A DNA stretch of 64,000 bases from the IMG/VR virus record IMGVR_UViG_3300024358_000009, positions 142,327 to 206,326 of that record, one strand, 5' to 3'. Both the position numbers and the translations under genes were made by a program. Shown in pieces: positions 53,634 to 63,782 of this stretch. Within the stretch, counting starts at the first letter, position 1; each line of letters opens with the position of its first letter. The notes under the pieces are model-generated. The model worked only from the letters and a program-made list of their open reading frames with translations, did not search any database and had not been told where the DNA came from.

Positions 53634-54288
53634 AATATTAGGAATAAGTGGTAAAAAAAGTGCTGGAAAAGACACGCTAGCTAATGCATTTTTTAATCAT
53701 TGTAGATTTTTTTTAAATAAAAAAGTAGAAATTATACCTTTTGCACTAGCTTTAAAAGATACATGTCAAAATTTATTCAGTATAAAAAAGAAATCTATTT
53801 ATGGAACCGAAGAACAAAAAAATGAATTAACTTATTATAAATGGTCTGATATGCCTAATTTTGTATCTGAAAGTATTTATGAAAAAATAAAATCTTCTGG
53901 CATTGATCCAAAAGATATAGGTTTGTTTACAAAAAATGATTCATATATGACTGGTAGAGAATTTTTACAATTTTTTGGAACTGAAATTTGTAGAAAAATA
54001 AGCGATAACATACATATACAAGCAACATTTACAAAAATTAATTCTTTAAAAAGAGATTTTTTTATTATTCCAGATGTAAGATTTGTAAACGAAGTTAAAT
54101 CAATTCAAGAAAACGGTGGATATGTAGTAAGATTAAACAGGGGTATTTCAAGTGATACACACTCTTCAGAAAAAGAATTGGACGATTTTAAAAACTTTGA
54201 TTTAATAATAGACAATTCAAAATTATCTGTAGATAAAGAATTATCTTTGTTAAATAAATTTTTAACCAAAAAAGGTTGGTTTAAATGA
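53626..54288 (+). CDS. Deoxynucleoside monophosphate kinase
   Basis: GKKSAGKDT, FA..LK, REFLQFFGTE, DVRFVNE and HSSE. Confidence 0.85.
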   Translation: MCKILGISGKKSAGKDTLANAFFNHCRFFLNKKVEIIPFALALKDTCQNLFSIKKKSIYGTEEQKNELTYYKWSDMPNFVSESIYEKIKSSGIDPKDIGLFTKNDSYMTGREFLQFFGTEICRKISDNIHIQATFTKINSLKRDFFIIPDVRFVNEVKSIQENGGYVVRLNRGISSDTHSSEKELDDFKNFDLIIDNSKLSVDKELSLLNKFLTKKGWFK

Positions 54289-55304
54289 TAATAACCTATT
54301 TAAGGTCTTCTTCAGCTGGCTCGTTTGAATGGTGTCAGCATAAATATTTTTTAACATATTGTTTAGGTTTTAAAGATGATTCTAATAAAAAAGCTGTAAA
54401 AGGAAATATAGTTCATAAAGCACTAGAGTTACTAGCTAATAAACAGCTTTGTTTGCAAACAAAGACCAAAAATTTTCGTGATGATGAATTAGATAAAGAG
54501 TTTGATACCTTGCTTATTTGTCCAGAGCAAGCTATTAAGTCAGCTTTTGAATTTTATAGCAAAAAAGAAAATGCTTTTGAGTGGACAGATAAAGATTTTG
54601 AGGAATGCGACAAATGGTTATGGGATACTTTATTATTTAAAGACGGAATGTTTTCCCCATTGAATAGAGTAATAGTTGAGCCAGAAAAATATTTTGATAT
54701 AGAGCTAGATAAACCTTGGGCTAAATACGATTTTAGACTTATGAACGGAGAAACCGTTTCTGGTAATTTAAGATTAAAAGGAACTATGGATCTTATAACC
54801 AGAATAGATTCAAAAACAATTGAATACATAGATTGGAAAACAGGAGAAAGAAAAAATTGGTCTACTGGAAAAGAAAAGGGTTATGACGATCTATTTGATG
54901 ATTTTCAACTTAGACTTTATCATTATGCTTTAAGCAAAGTCTATCCAAATGAAGAAAATATAATAGTTACAATATTTTTTGTTAAAGCTGGCGGACCATT
55001 TTCTATATGTTTTCACAAGGAAGATCTTATAGAAACAGAAGAAATGATAAGAAAGAAGTTTGAATCAATAAAAAAATGCAAAACTCCAATGAGAATTATG
55101 GATTTGGGTAGAGATAAATGGAAATGCAGTAAATTATGCAAGTTTTATAAAGACGATTTTCAAGATGGAGTATCAACTTGTAGAAAAATTCATGAGGAAA
55201 TAGTTGAGTTGGGATTAGAAAAAGTTTATACTAAATATGCTGACTTCACAGCGGTTAAACAGTATGGTAGTGGTGGCGGTAAAACTAACAGGGAATCAAC
55301 ATGA
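54285..55304 (+). CDS. PD-(D/E)XK exonuclease (RecB/Cas4-like)
   Basis: GNIVHKALE, GTMD, IDWKTG, QLRLY and a Cys cluster. Confidence 0.8.
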   Translation: MIITYLRSSSAGSFEWCQHKYFLTYCLGFKDDSNKKAVKGNIVHKALELLANKQLCLQTKTKNFRDDELDKEFDTLLICPEQAIKSAFEFYSKKENAFEWTDKDFEECDKWLWDTLLFKDGMFSPLNRVIVEPEKYFDIELDKPWAKYDFRLMNGETVSGNLRLKGTMDLITRIDSKTIEYIDWKTGERKNWSTGKEKGYDDLFDDFQLRLYHYALSKVYPNEENIIVTIFFVKAGGPFSICFHKEDLIETEEMIRKKFESIKKCKTPMRIMDLGRDKWKCSKLCKFYKDDFQDGVSTCRKIHEEIVELGLEKVYTKYADFTAVKQYGSGGGKTNREST

Positions 55305-56008
55305 GCGAAGAAAAAATTAGCAGCTTAAACGAACTTTTAAACTTATTTTCTTTTAAAGAAAAATCAGATATTCCAGAACAAAAAGAAGAAAATTCAAAAA
55401 ATATTTTGGTTTTTAAAACATCTCTGCTTGATTCTTTGGGTAAATTTCAAGGAATTTTAACAGGTGAAGATTGTCAACTTTATTTACAAGAAATACTTAT
55501 TCCAGAAAATTTATTATGGATTCCGAGAAATATTGCTGAAAAAAGTCCTGAGTACAAACAAGTAATTCCTTACTGCGTTATTACATCTGCAAATAAAACA
55601 TTTTCTTATCGAAGAAATAAAAAGGGCAATGAATCTAGATTACATAACATGAAGTCTATAGGCATTGGCGGTCATATTGAGCAATCAGATTTAGACAATG
55701 TTGATGACTTGTATAATAGTGCTATGTGGAGAGAGATAGACGAAGAAATTGCCCTAAATAAAGGTTTGGTAAAATCGAATAAAATTATAGGCATCATTAA
55801 TGATGATAGTGATGATGTTGGAAAAGTTCATTTTGGAATTGTTCATAACCTTAAGATGAAGACGACTGATTGTATGGGTCTGTTAGAAAATAAACTATCT
55901 GATGGTGGTTGGGAATTTACTGGATATTTGAAAAATGATATTGATCAATGGGAAAATTGGTCAGTATTTGTAATCAATGAATTAATGAGCGAATTAAAGT
56001 CTAAGTAA
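55301..56008 (+). CDS. NUDIX-like predicted phosphoesterase
   Basis: YKQVIPY, SIGIGGH, REIDEE and VGKVHFG. Confidence 0.75.
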   Translation: MSEEKISSLNELLNLFSFKEKSDIPEQKEENSKNILVFKTSLLDSLGKFQGILTGEDCQLYLQEILIPENLLWIPRNIAEKSPEYKQVIPYCVITSANKTFSYRRNKKGNESRLHNMKSIGIGGHIEQSDLDNVDDLYNSAMWREIDEEIALNKGLVKSNKIIGIINDDSDDVGKVHFGIVHNLKMKTTDCMGLLENKLSDGGWEFTGYLKNDIDQWENWSVFVINELMSELKSK

Positions 56009-56043
56009 TTTTTATTTATGGAAGTTTTTTTAGAAAGAATTAA

Positions 56044-57957
56044 ATGTCAAATTGGATTCCGTTGCATGTTCACTCGCAATATTCATTGCTTGATGGACTT
56101 CCTTCTGCTGAAAGAATAGCAGATAGGATATCAGAACTTGGATTAAAAGGTTGTGCATTAACAGATCATGGATCTTTATCTGGTTCTATTTCATTTTATA
56201 AAAAGTTAAAATCCAAATCTATTGATCCAATACTTGGTTGTGAATTTTATATATGTGAAAATGAACCTACAATAAAGAATGAAGATAATAAAAAACTAAG
56301 TCATTTATGTGTTCTTGCAAAACAAGATATTGGATGGAAGAACTTAGTAAAAGCTAGTTCTATTTCTAGTTCTCCAGAAAACTTTTATAGAAAACCAAGA
56401 CTTGACCTTAAAACTCTTGCGTCTATTTCAAATGGTTCCTTTATTGTTTTTTCTGGTCACCCAGGTTCTGACTTGGGAAATTGTTTATTTACAAACTTAA
56501 CAGAAGCATATAGAGCAGAAACATTTGAACACGCCAAGTCATTAATTGATCCTAATTGGGAAAAGAAAGCTACTGATCTAGCATATAAATACGCAGACTT
56601 ATTTGGAAAAGAAAACTTTTACTTAGAAATACAGTTAATAGATTCTGAAAACATACCAGCGACTAAAATAATAGCTAAAGCTTTAAGACATATAGCAAAA
56701 AAGCACGGTTTCAAAACCGTTGCTACACCAGATGCTCATTATGCAAGAAAAGAAGATGCTGTTGACCAAAGAGTTTTGTTAGCTTGTTCGATGAAAAAGA
56801 CATTAAATGATATTAGAAATCATATTCAAAACGATGAAGACTTTGGTTTTTCTGGTTTTTTTAAATCAAATAATTATCATATACCGTCTTTTGAAGAAAT
56901 TTCTAAATTAAACTCTAATGAAGAGATAGAAAATACATTTGAAATATTTAACAGGTGCAAAGATTATAGTATTTTGAAATCTCCTATGTTGCCAAAAATA
57001 ACTGGAGATAGTTCATCGTCATCAGAAATAAAAAGACTCTGTAGAGAAGGTTGGAAAAAAAGATTTTCTTTTAAAAAAGAAGACCCAAAATTTAATCAAT
57101 ATGGAGATAGAGTCACTAAAGAATTAGAAGTTATAACTTCTGCTGGCTTAGAAGACTATTTCCTAATTGTTTATGATTATTGCAATTGGGCGAGAGAACA
57201 GGGGTGGCTTATTGGCAAAGGTCGTGGATCTGGCGCTGGATGTATGGTTAGTTATTTATTGGGAATTACTGAAATAAATCCAATTGAAAACGGATTATTG
57301 TTTGAAAGATTTTATAATTCTGGTCGTAATGCTCCAGGAAGAATTAGTTTGCCAGATATTGATTGTGATTTCCCAATATCAAAAAGAGAAGAGATTATTA
57401 ACTATATTAAAAACAAATATGGTAATGATAAAGTTTCTCAAATATCTGTTTTTACAAGAATGCAAGGCCGAGGTGCTTTAAAAGATGTTTTGCGTATTCA
57501 CGCTGCTTGTAGCTTTGAAGAAAGCAATCTAATAACAAAACATATTCCAGATGAAGCTGAAATAACCGAAGAATTACAAGAAATGAGAGATGAAGGACAA
57601 GAACCTTCTATAATTAGATGGGCCTTAGAAAATTGCCAAAAAGATTTAGATCCATATTGTAAACTAAAAGATGACGGAACATTAGAAGGTCAATATGCAA
57701 AATACTTTGCCCAAGCAATAAGGATGGAAGGAACTAAAAGATCACAAAGCAAACATGCTGCTGGAATAGTAATTGCCTCTGAGAATTTACAAAATATATG
57801 CCCTATGATTTATGATAAAACATCTCATGAAAATATAGCTGGATTAGAAATGTCTGATCTTGAATCTATTGGGCTTGTTAAATTTGATATTCTTGGGGTT
57901 GCAGTTTTGGATAAAATGATGGGCGTTCAAAAACTTCTTGCTGGAGAAAGTTTATGA
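56044..57957 (+). CDS. dnaE: DNA polymerase III alpha, part 1 (PHP and catalytic palm/thumb)
   Basis: HVHSQYSLLDG, TDHG, GRGSGAG, PDIDCDF, HAAG, ending after KFDILG. No intein. Confidence 0.93.
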   Translation: MSNWIPLHVHSQYSLLDGLPSAERIADRISELGLKGCALTDHGSLSGSISFYKKLKSKSIDPILGCEFYICENEPTIKNEDNKKLSHLCVLAKQDIGWKNLVKASSISSSPENFYRKPRLDLKTLASISNGSFIVFSGHPGSDLGNCLFTNLTEAYRAETFEHAKSLIDPNWEKKATDLAYKYADLFGKENFYLEIQLIDSENIPATKIIAKALRHIAKKHGFKTVATPDAHYARKEDAVDQRVLLACSMKKTLNDIRNHIQNDEDFGFSGFFKSNNYHIPSFEEISKLNSNEEIENTFEIFNRCKDYSILKSPMLPKITGDSSSSSEIKRLCREGWKKRFSFKKEDPKFNQYGDRVTKELEVITSAGLEDYFLIVYDYCNWAREQGWLIGKGRGSGAGCMVSYLLGITEINPIENGLLFERFYNSGRNAPGRISLPDIDCDFPISKREEIINYIKNKYGNDKVSQISVFTRMQGRGALKDVLRIHAACSFEESNLITKHIPDEAEITEELQEMRDEGQEPSIIRWALENCQKDLDPYCKLKDDGTLEGQYAKYFAQAIRMEGTKRSQSKHAAGIVIASENLQNICPMIYDKTSHENIAGLEMSDLESIGLVKFDILGVAVLDKMMGVQKLLAGESL

Positions 57958-58206
57958 AACGAAAAGGCGATCTACAAGATGAACTTGTTTCTTTGCATGA
58001 AAAAATTAAAACAAAAGATGTTGTTATAAAAGAAACATTGATGTTAATGAAAGCTTTGGTTTTTAAATTAGGACGAAAAGTTAATCTTAAATCTGAATTT
58101 TTAGAAGCTGCAAAAAGCAATGAGTTTTATGTAGATTTAAAATATGATGAAGAAGGCACATTGAAACTTGAAATTAAAAAAACCTTAGATCTAGAATAGG
58201 AAGAAA

Positions 58207-58872
58207 ATGAATAATTCAACTATAGTTGTTTTTGATTTTGAAACTGGTAGTGTAAACCCAGAAACTTGTGAAGTTATACAAGTTGCAGCGATGGCTTTGC
58301 ATCCAAGAAGTTTAACTGAGCTTGGTCAATATAGCAGCTTGATTAAACCAAGGGATTTTTCAAAATTGGAAAAAGAAGCTCTTGAAATAAACAAGAAAAG
58401 CATTGAAGAATTAGAAAAGGCTCCAGATCTTTCTATTGTTTGGAAATCTTTTACATCGTTTATTAAAAAATATAATCCAAAACCAGGAAACACTTTCTTT
58501 GCTCCAATAGCAGCTGGAAAAAACATTAGGCATTTTGACTTAATTATTATTAATCGTTTAGCAAAAGAATTTGGCGATTGTGATAAAAACGGAAAACAAA
58601 ACTTATTTAATAAAAGAAGCGTTTTTGATTTAGATGATTTTATTTTTCAATGGTTTGATAATTCTAATGAACTCCGTGATCATAAAATGGATACTTTAAG
58701 AGAATTTTTCGGTCTTTCTACAGCAAATGCTCACGATGCATTAGTAGATGTTAAACAAACAGCTTTACTATTGAAAAGTTTTATTCAACTACATAGAAAA
58801 GTAGCTACGAGAGTTAACTTTAAAAACTCTTTAAATGAAAACTCTGGTACTGCAAAGGGCTTTATATCTTGA
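58207..58872 (+). CDS. DEDDh 3'-5' exonuclease (DnaQ-like)
   Basis: DFETG, N..FD and HDALVD. Confidence 0.85.
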   Translation: MNNSTIVVFDFETGSVNPETCEVIQVAAMALHPRSLTELGQYSSLIKPRDFSKLEKEALEINKKSIEELEKAPDLSIVWKSFTSFIKKYNPKPGNTFFAPIAAGKNIRHFDLIIINRLAKEFGDCDKNGKQNLFNKRSVFDLDDFIFQWFDNSNELRDHKMDTLREFFGLSTANAHDALVDVKQTALLLKSFIQLHRKVATRVNFKNSLNENSGTAKGFIS

Positions 58873-58879
58873 GGTAATA

Positions 58880-59782
58880 ATGGAAGATTTTTATAAATTT
58901 GATTGTGGTTGTAAGTGGCCAATTTTAGAACCATCTAAAAATGGAAAAATACCAAAGCTTAAAATAAATTTACACAACTTACCATATTGTGATTTAGCTT
59001 GGAAAATTTTTTCAAATGGTGATACCAAGGGCATTTTTCAATTGGAATCTCATCTTGGTAAACAATGGTCAAAGAAATTAAAACCCAAAAATATGGAGCA
59101 TTTATCTGCTCTTGGCGCACTTTTAAGGCCGGGTTGTCTTCGTGCATTAGACGAAGATGGAATTTCTATGACAGAACATTATTGCAAAAGAGTTAATGGC
59201 TTAGAAAAAGTTCCTAGTTATCATGAATCCGTTGATGAAATATTAAAACCAACTTATGGCGCTTTAGTTTTTCAAGAACAAGCTATGCAAATAGCACAAG
59301 CTGTTGCTGGATTTAACTTGCAAGAAGCTGATGTTTTGAGAAAAGCTATTGGTAAAAAAAATACCCAAGAAATGGCTAACTGCAAAAAGATGTTTATTGA
59401 CGGTGCTAAAAAAGCAAAGATTATTTCTGACGAACAAGCAGAAGAGTTATTTGGTTGGATACAAGCAAGTCAAAGATATTCATTTAATAAATGTTTGTCT
59501 CCAGATTCTGTAGTAGAAACAAAAGAAGGCTTTAAAACACTTAAAGAATTAAATATTAATGATTATGTTTTAGCTCCATCTATCAAATATAAAAAAAATA
59601 TTTTTATTAAAGTAAAAGATAAAATAAATAATGGAAAACAAGAAGTTTATGAAATAACAACATCAAGTGGCAAAAAGTTAAAATGCACATTAAATCACAA
59701 AATATTATGTTCTGATGGTAAAAAAAGAACGCTTTATGATATTTTAGAAAAAAACTATAGTATTATGTGTGACCTAGAATAA
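58880..59782 (+). CDS. dnaE: DnaE part 2 (fingers) fused to the N-half of a split intein (59492-59779)
   Basis: GIFQLES, LRPG, FQEQ, LRKAIGKK, YSFNK|CLSPDS...CTLNHK. Confidence 0.92.
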   Translation: MEDFYKFDCGCKWPILEPSKNGKIPKLKINLHNLPYCDLAWKIFSNGDTKGIFQLESHLGKQWSKKLKPKNMEHLSALGALLRPGCLRALDEDGISMTEHYCKRVNGLEKVPSYHESVDEILKPTYGALVFQEQAMQIAQAVAGFNLQEADVLRKAIGKKNTQEMANCKKMFIDGAKKAKIISDEQAEELFGWIQASQRYSFNKCLSPDSVVETKEGFKTLKELNINDYVLAPSIKYKKNIFIKVKDKINNGKQEVYEITTSSGKKLKCTLNHKILCSDGKKRTLYDILEKNYSIMCDLE

Positions 59783-59809
59783 TCGGTGTAATAAGTCATA
59801 GGTGATACT

Positions 59810-60739
59810 ATGAAAATAGAAAAGAATTTTTGGAATAAATGTTTTCTATGTAATAAAAACTTACATGAAATTAAAAAATTTTATGGAGGCTCTAATGTTT
59901 ATTTTTCTAAAGCCATGGCTCAACATATAGTTTCTCATAAAATCTCTTTAGAAGACTATTTTGAAAAAATAGTTAAAATAATAAGACCTATTTGTAAATG
60001 CGGAGAATGCAATAAAAAAACAAAAATAATTTTAAGAAATAAAAATAAAAACGGTTTTTTCTGGAAAGAATATGCATGTGGTAGATACGAAGGATCAAAA
60101 AAATGGTCTAAAGATGCAAAAATTTCTAGAATTGGTAAAAACAATCCAATGTTTGGCAAAAAACCTTGGAACTTAGGGATGAATAAGAAAAATTCAGAAT
60201 ATGGTAAAAAGATGTCTTTGTATAGGATTGGTAAAAAAACATCAAAAGAATCTAAAAACAAACAATCAATATCTGCTAAAAAAAGATTGATTCATGGTCA
60301 TACAGGAATTAAACATTCAGAGTTTTCAAAAAAATTAATGTCTATAGCTACTTTAAACAGAATTAAAAAAGGAGCTTTTAAACATACAAAAACCAAGCCT
60401 CATTTATTAATGAAAAGTATTTTACAAAAATTAAAATTAAATTTTGAAGAAGAAAAGATTATAGAATGTTGGATTTTTGATTTTTGGTTAAAAGATTATA
60501 ATTTATTTATTGAAGTAGACGGAGATTATTTTCATGTTAATCCAAAGATTTATCCAAATGGGCCAAAAACGAATACTCAAAAGATTAATTTTTATAGAGA
60601 CAAAGTAAAAAATAAGTTTTGTCTTGATAATAAACTAAAACTTATTAGATTTTGGGAAAGCGATATTTTAAATAACGAAGGCATTATAATAAAGGAAATA
60701 CAATGCAGCCTGAATCAATCGTGTCAATTAAAAAAATAG
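59810..60739 (+). mobile_element. Free-standing homing endonuclease (NUMOD3 repeats plus Vsr-like/EDxHD domain) between the intein halves
   Basis: NPMFGKKP and HSEFSKKLMS, then DF...IEVDGDYFH...RD...IRFWE. Confidence 0.85.
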
Positions 60740-61830
60740 GAATTATTGAAACATTAGATATTGAAGTTGATAATGAAGAACATATCTTTTATGCGAATGG
60801 AATTGCGGTATCAAACAGTCACAGTTCCGCCTATGGCTTTACTGGATATGATACAGCTTATTTAAAAAGTCATTTCCCAGTACAATTTTTTACGAGTTGG
60901 CTTTTTTACGCAAAAGATAAAGCTGATAGCTCTCAAGAAGTTGCCGATCTAATAGACAATGCAAAGCTTTATAATATAAATGTATATCCTCCAGATATCA
61001 GAATGTTAAAGTCAAACTTTTATACTGATGGGGAATCTATTTGGTTTGGCTTGTCCGATATAAAAGGAATAGGTACTTCACAAATAAGTAAACTTATTTC
61101 TTGCTTCAATTCTCAATCTGAAAAAATAGATAGTTGGATTAAATTTTTAATTTATTGTTCAGACTCTATTTCTTCTACATCAGTAGCAAAAGTTATTGCT
61201 GTCGGCGGTTTTGATTGGTGTGGCGAGTATAGACAAAAACTTATATCTGAATTAGAAACTTGGAATCAATTAACAGAAAAAGAAAAAGAATGGATTAAAG
61301 AAAATTGCAAAGAAACAAAAAATCTTAAAGAATGCATTTTAGCTTTATCAAAACCTAAAAAAGAAGGTGGTGGATGCAGTAATAAAAATCGTATTTCATT
61401 AACATCTGATTTATATAATATGTTAGAAAATCCTCCAACTGAATATAATGATCCAATATCTTGGAAAGTTTGGTCAGAAAGAGAAAATCTTGGCATAGCA
61501 CTATCATGTTCATTAACGGATGGAATAGAAAATCAATCTGCTAATACAACATGCAAAGAATTTTATTTTGGTAAAACTGGATTTATGGTATTGTCAGTTG
61601 AAATATTAGATGTTAAAGAAATAGTTACAAAAAATGGAAAAGATCCTGGTAGAAGAATGGCTAGATTAACTGTATCCGATTCTTCTTGTAAAATAGACAA
61701 TGCTATAATATTTCCAGATGCTTACGAAATGCATCTAGATAAAGTATTTGTAGGAAATACTGTTTTGATTCGTGTTGATCGTGATCGCAAAACAGATGCT
61801 ATGGTTTTAAAGGACATTAACCAACTTTAA
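60703..61830 (+). CDS. dnaE: Split-intein C-half (60703-60816) fused to DnaE part 3 (HhH and OB fold)
   Basis: IVSIKKIG...DIEV...HIFYANGIAVSN|SHSSAYG...YLKSHFP and GLSDIKGIG. Confidence 0.92.
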   Translation: MQPESIVSIKKIGIIETLDIEVDNEEHIFYANGIAVSNSHSSAYGFTGYDTAYLKSHFPVQFFTSWLFYAKDKADSSQEVADLIDNAKLYNINVYPPDIRMLKSNFYTDGESIWFGLSDIKGIGTSQISKLISCFNSQSEKIDSWIKFLIYCSDSISSTSVAKVIAVGGFDWCGEYRQKLISELETWNQLTEKEKEWIKENCKETKNLKECILALSKPKKEGGGCSNKNRISLTSDLYNMLENPPTEYNDPISWKVWSERENLGIALSCSLTDGIENQSANTTCKEFYFGKTGFMVLSVEILDVKEIVTKNGKDPGRRMARLTVSDSSCKIDNAIIFPDAYEMHLDKVFVGNTVLIRVDRDRKTDAMVLKDINQL

Positions 61831-61840
61831 GGAGTTTTTG

Positions 61841-62221
61841 ATGAACGAGTGTATTTTTCTTGGCAATTTTGTTCGTGATCCAAAGCTTGTGCAAACAAGT
61901 AGCGGTGAAGTAGTTGTAAACTTTACATTGGCGGTTAATCCTCCATACAAAAGAGAAAAAGGCGATAAAAAGGGAACTGCCTATATTGATTGTGAAGCTT
62001 GGGATAAAACAGCTGAATTAATTAATAAGAACTTTTCTAAAGGTTCTAGAATTCTAGTTCAAACATTTGCCAAGAGTGATTCATGGAAAGATGAAACTAC
62101 TGGCATGAAAAGAAATAGAATTAAATTTGTAGTAACTAGGTTTCATTGGCCAGCACCAACTAATAAGCACGAAAAAGAAGAAGACTCTTTCTTTCAAGAT
62201 CCAGTAGGATACCCAATCTAA
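61841..62221 (+). CDS. ssb: Single-stranded DNA-binding protein
   Basis: LGNFVRDP, FTLAVN, CEAW, KGSRI and an acidic tail. Confidence 0.88.
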   Translation: MNECIFLGNFVRDPKLVQTSSGEVVVNFTLAVNPPYKREKGDKKGTAYIDCEAWDKTAELINKNFSKGSRILVQTFAKSDSWKDETTGMKRNRIKFVVTRFHWPAPTNKHEKEEDSFFQDPVGYPI

Positions 62222-62222
62222 A

Positions 62223-63782
62223 ATGTCAAAATATAAGATTCTCCTTGTCAATGATAGCACATCTTTAAACACGGGATATTCTGTTTATGGCAAGGAGATT
62301 CTTACTCGTTTGTATAGTACAAATCAATTTGAAATAGCAGAAATATCTAGCTATACAGACAAGGTAGATGAAACTGTACCTTGGAAAATATATCCAGCTG
62401 TTCCTGCTAATATGTCAGATGAACAATTATCTGTATTTTTATCCGATCAAGAAAATGTTTTTGGTAAATATGTTTTTGAAAATGTTCTTTTAGACTTTAA
62501 ACCAAACACGGTTATTTCTTTTAGAGATCCGTGGATGGATTCTTTTATATCTGATTCTCCATTACGAGAATACTATAATTGGGTATATATGCCACCAGTT
62601 GATGGCATTGGACAAACAAAAGAGTGGATATCTTTATATTCTTGTGCCGATGCTATACTTACATATTCTATATGGGCAAAAAAACTATTATCTAATTATC
62701 CAGAAATCAATGTTATTGATATAGCATCTCCTTCAGCAGATGACTGTTTTGTTCCTTTTGATAATCCAAAAGAATTAAAGCTTGAATTAGGTTTACCAGA
62801 AGATTCTTTTGTAATTGGTTCTGTAATGAGGAACCAAAAAAGAAAACTTTTTCCAGATCTGGTTTTTGCATTTAATAGACTGTTATCTCTATTACCTATA
62901 GAGATCGCATCTAAAACATATTTATATCTACATACATCTTATCCAGACCTTGGTTGGAACATACCAAGAATGTTGATAGAGTCAGGAGTTTCAAACAGAA
63001 TATTTTTTACATATCTTTGTGAGGAATGTAATTATTTTTTCCCATCTGTATGGAAGGGTAATTGTATTTATTGTTTAAATTGTAAAAATCAGTCATGTTT
63101 TACAGCAGGAACAAAAAATGGAATCTCTAAAGAATCTATGGCAAAAATATACAATGGATTTGATTGCTTAGTTCAATATTCTATATGCGAAGGTTTTGGA
63201 ATGCCACAGGTAGAAGCTGCATATTGTGGTGTGCCAGTTTTTTGCGTTAACTACTCTGCAATGCAAGATATGCCAGAAACTATATTAGCAACACCAATAA
63301 ACTATTCTTTAAGCGTTGAAAGTGAAACACATCGTGGAATAGCTAATCCAGATAAAATAGATTTAGCAAATAAACTAAAAGATCTAATTCTTTTGCCAGA
63401 GTTCTTAAGAAGTAGAAAGCGATTTGAGATAGCATCTACAGCAAGAGATAATTACAGTTATAATAAATCCGCTAATGTTTGGATAAACACTATATCAAAG
63501 TTAAAACCAGCAAAAAATTGGAATTCGCCAAAGATAAATATAGTGGCAAAAAATTTTAATTACTCTAAATTAGAAGATAACGAATTTATTGACGCAGCAT
63601 TTGAAAACATTTTATCAGTAAAATCAAAAAAAATTGAAAAAGTAAAATTTGATTTTAAAAGAAAATTATTTAACAAATTTGAAAAGAACAGAATGAAAAC
63701 AGATAGAGAATCAATAATTGCTTTTTTAAATAAATTAAGAGAATCTATTAATCATTGGGAAGAAATGAGAGTTTCTAAATGA
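62223..63782 (+). CDS. GT4 glycosyltransferase
   Basis: TGYSVYG, RNQKRK and EGFGMPQVEA. Confidence 0.85.
   Translation: MSKYKILLVNDSTSLNTGYSVYGKEILTRLYSTNQFEIAEISSYTDKVDETVPWKIYPAVPANMSDEQLSVFLSDQENVFGKYVFENVLLDFKPNTVISFRDPWMDSFISDSPLREYYNWVYMPPVDGIGQTKEWISLYSCADAILTYSIWAKKLLSNYPEINVIDIASPSADDCFVPFDNPKELKLELGLPEDSFVIGSVMRNQKRKLFPDLVFAFNRLLSLLPIEIASKTYLYLHTSYPDLGWNIPRMLIESGVSNRIFFTYLCEECNYFFPSVWKGNCIYCLNCKNQSCFTAGTKNGISKESMAKIYNGFDCLVQYSICEGFGMPQVEAAYCGVPVFCVNYSAMQDMPETILATPINYSLSVESETHRGIANPDKIDLANKLKDLILLPEFLRSRKRFEIASTARDNYSYNKSANVWINTISKLKPAKNWNSPKINIVAKNFNYSKLEDNEFIDAAFENILSVKSKKIEKVKFDFKRKLFNKFEKNRMKTDRESIIAFLNKLRESINHWEEMRVSK

Noticed and set aside
54285-55304. Cas4 as evidence of a CRISPR-Cas system
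   Set aside because: Stand-alone nuclease in a replication operon, with no array or other cas genes.
57900-58880. Intein or intron joining DnaE parts 1 and 2
   Set aside because: No intein motifs at either end and no group I R/S or group II signatures seen. The gap holds two ordinary ORFs.
499-62272. Short antisense and alternate-frame ORFs in the track (for example 499-756, 2360-2731, 43016-43234, 51286-51573)
   Set aside because: They are shadows of well-supported genes, without an RBS or recognisable motifs. The exception is 19054-19473.
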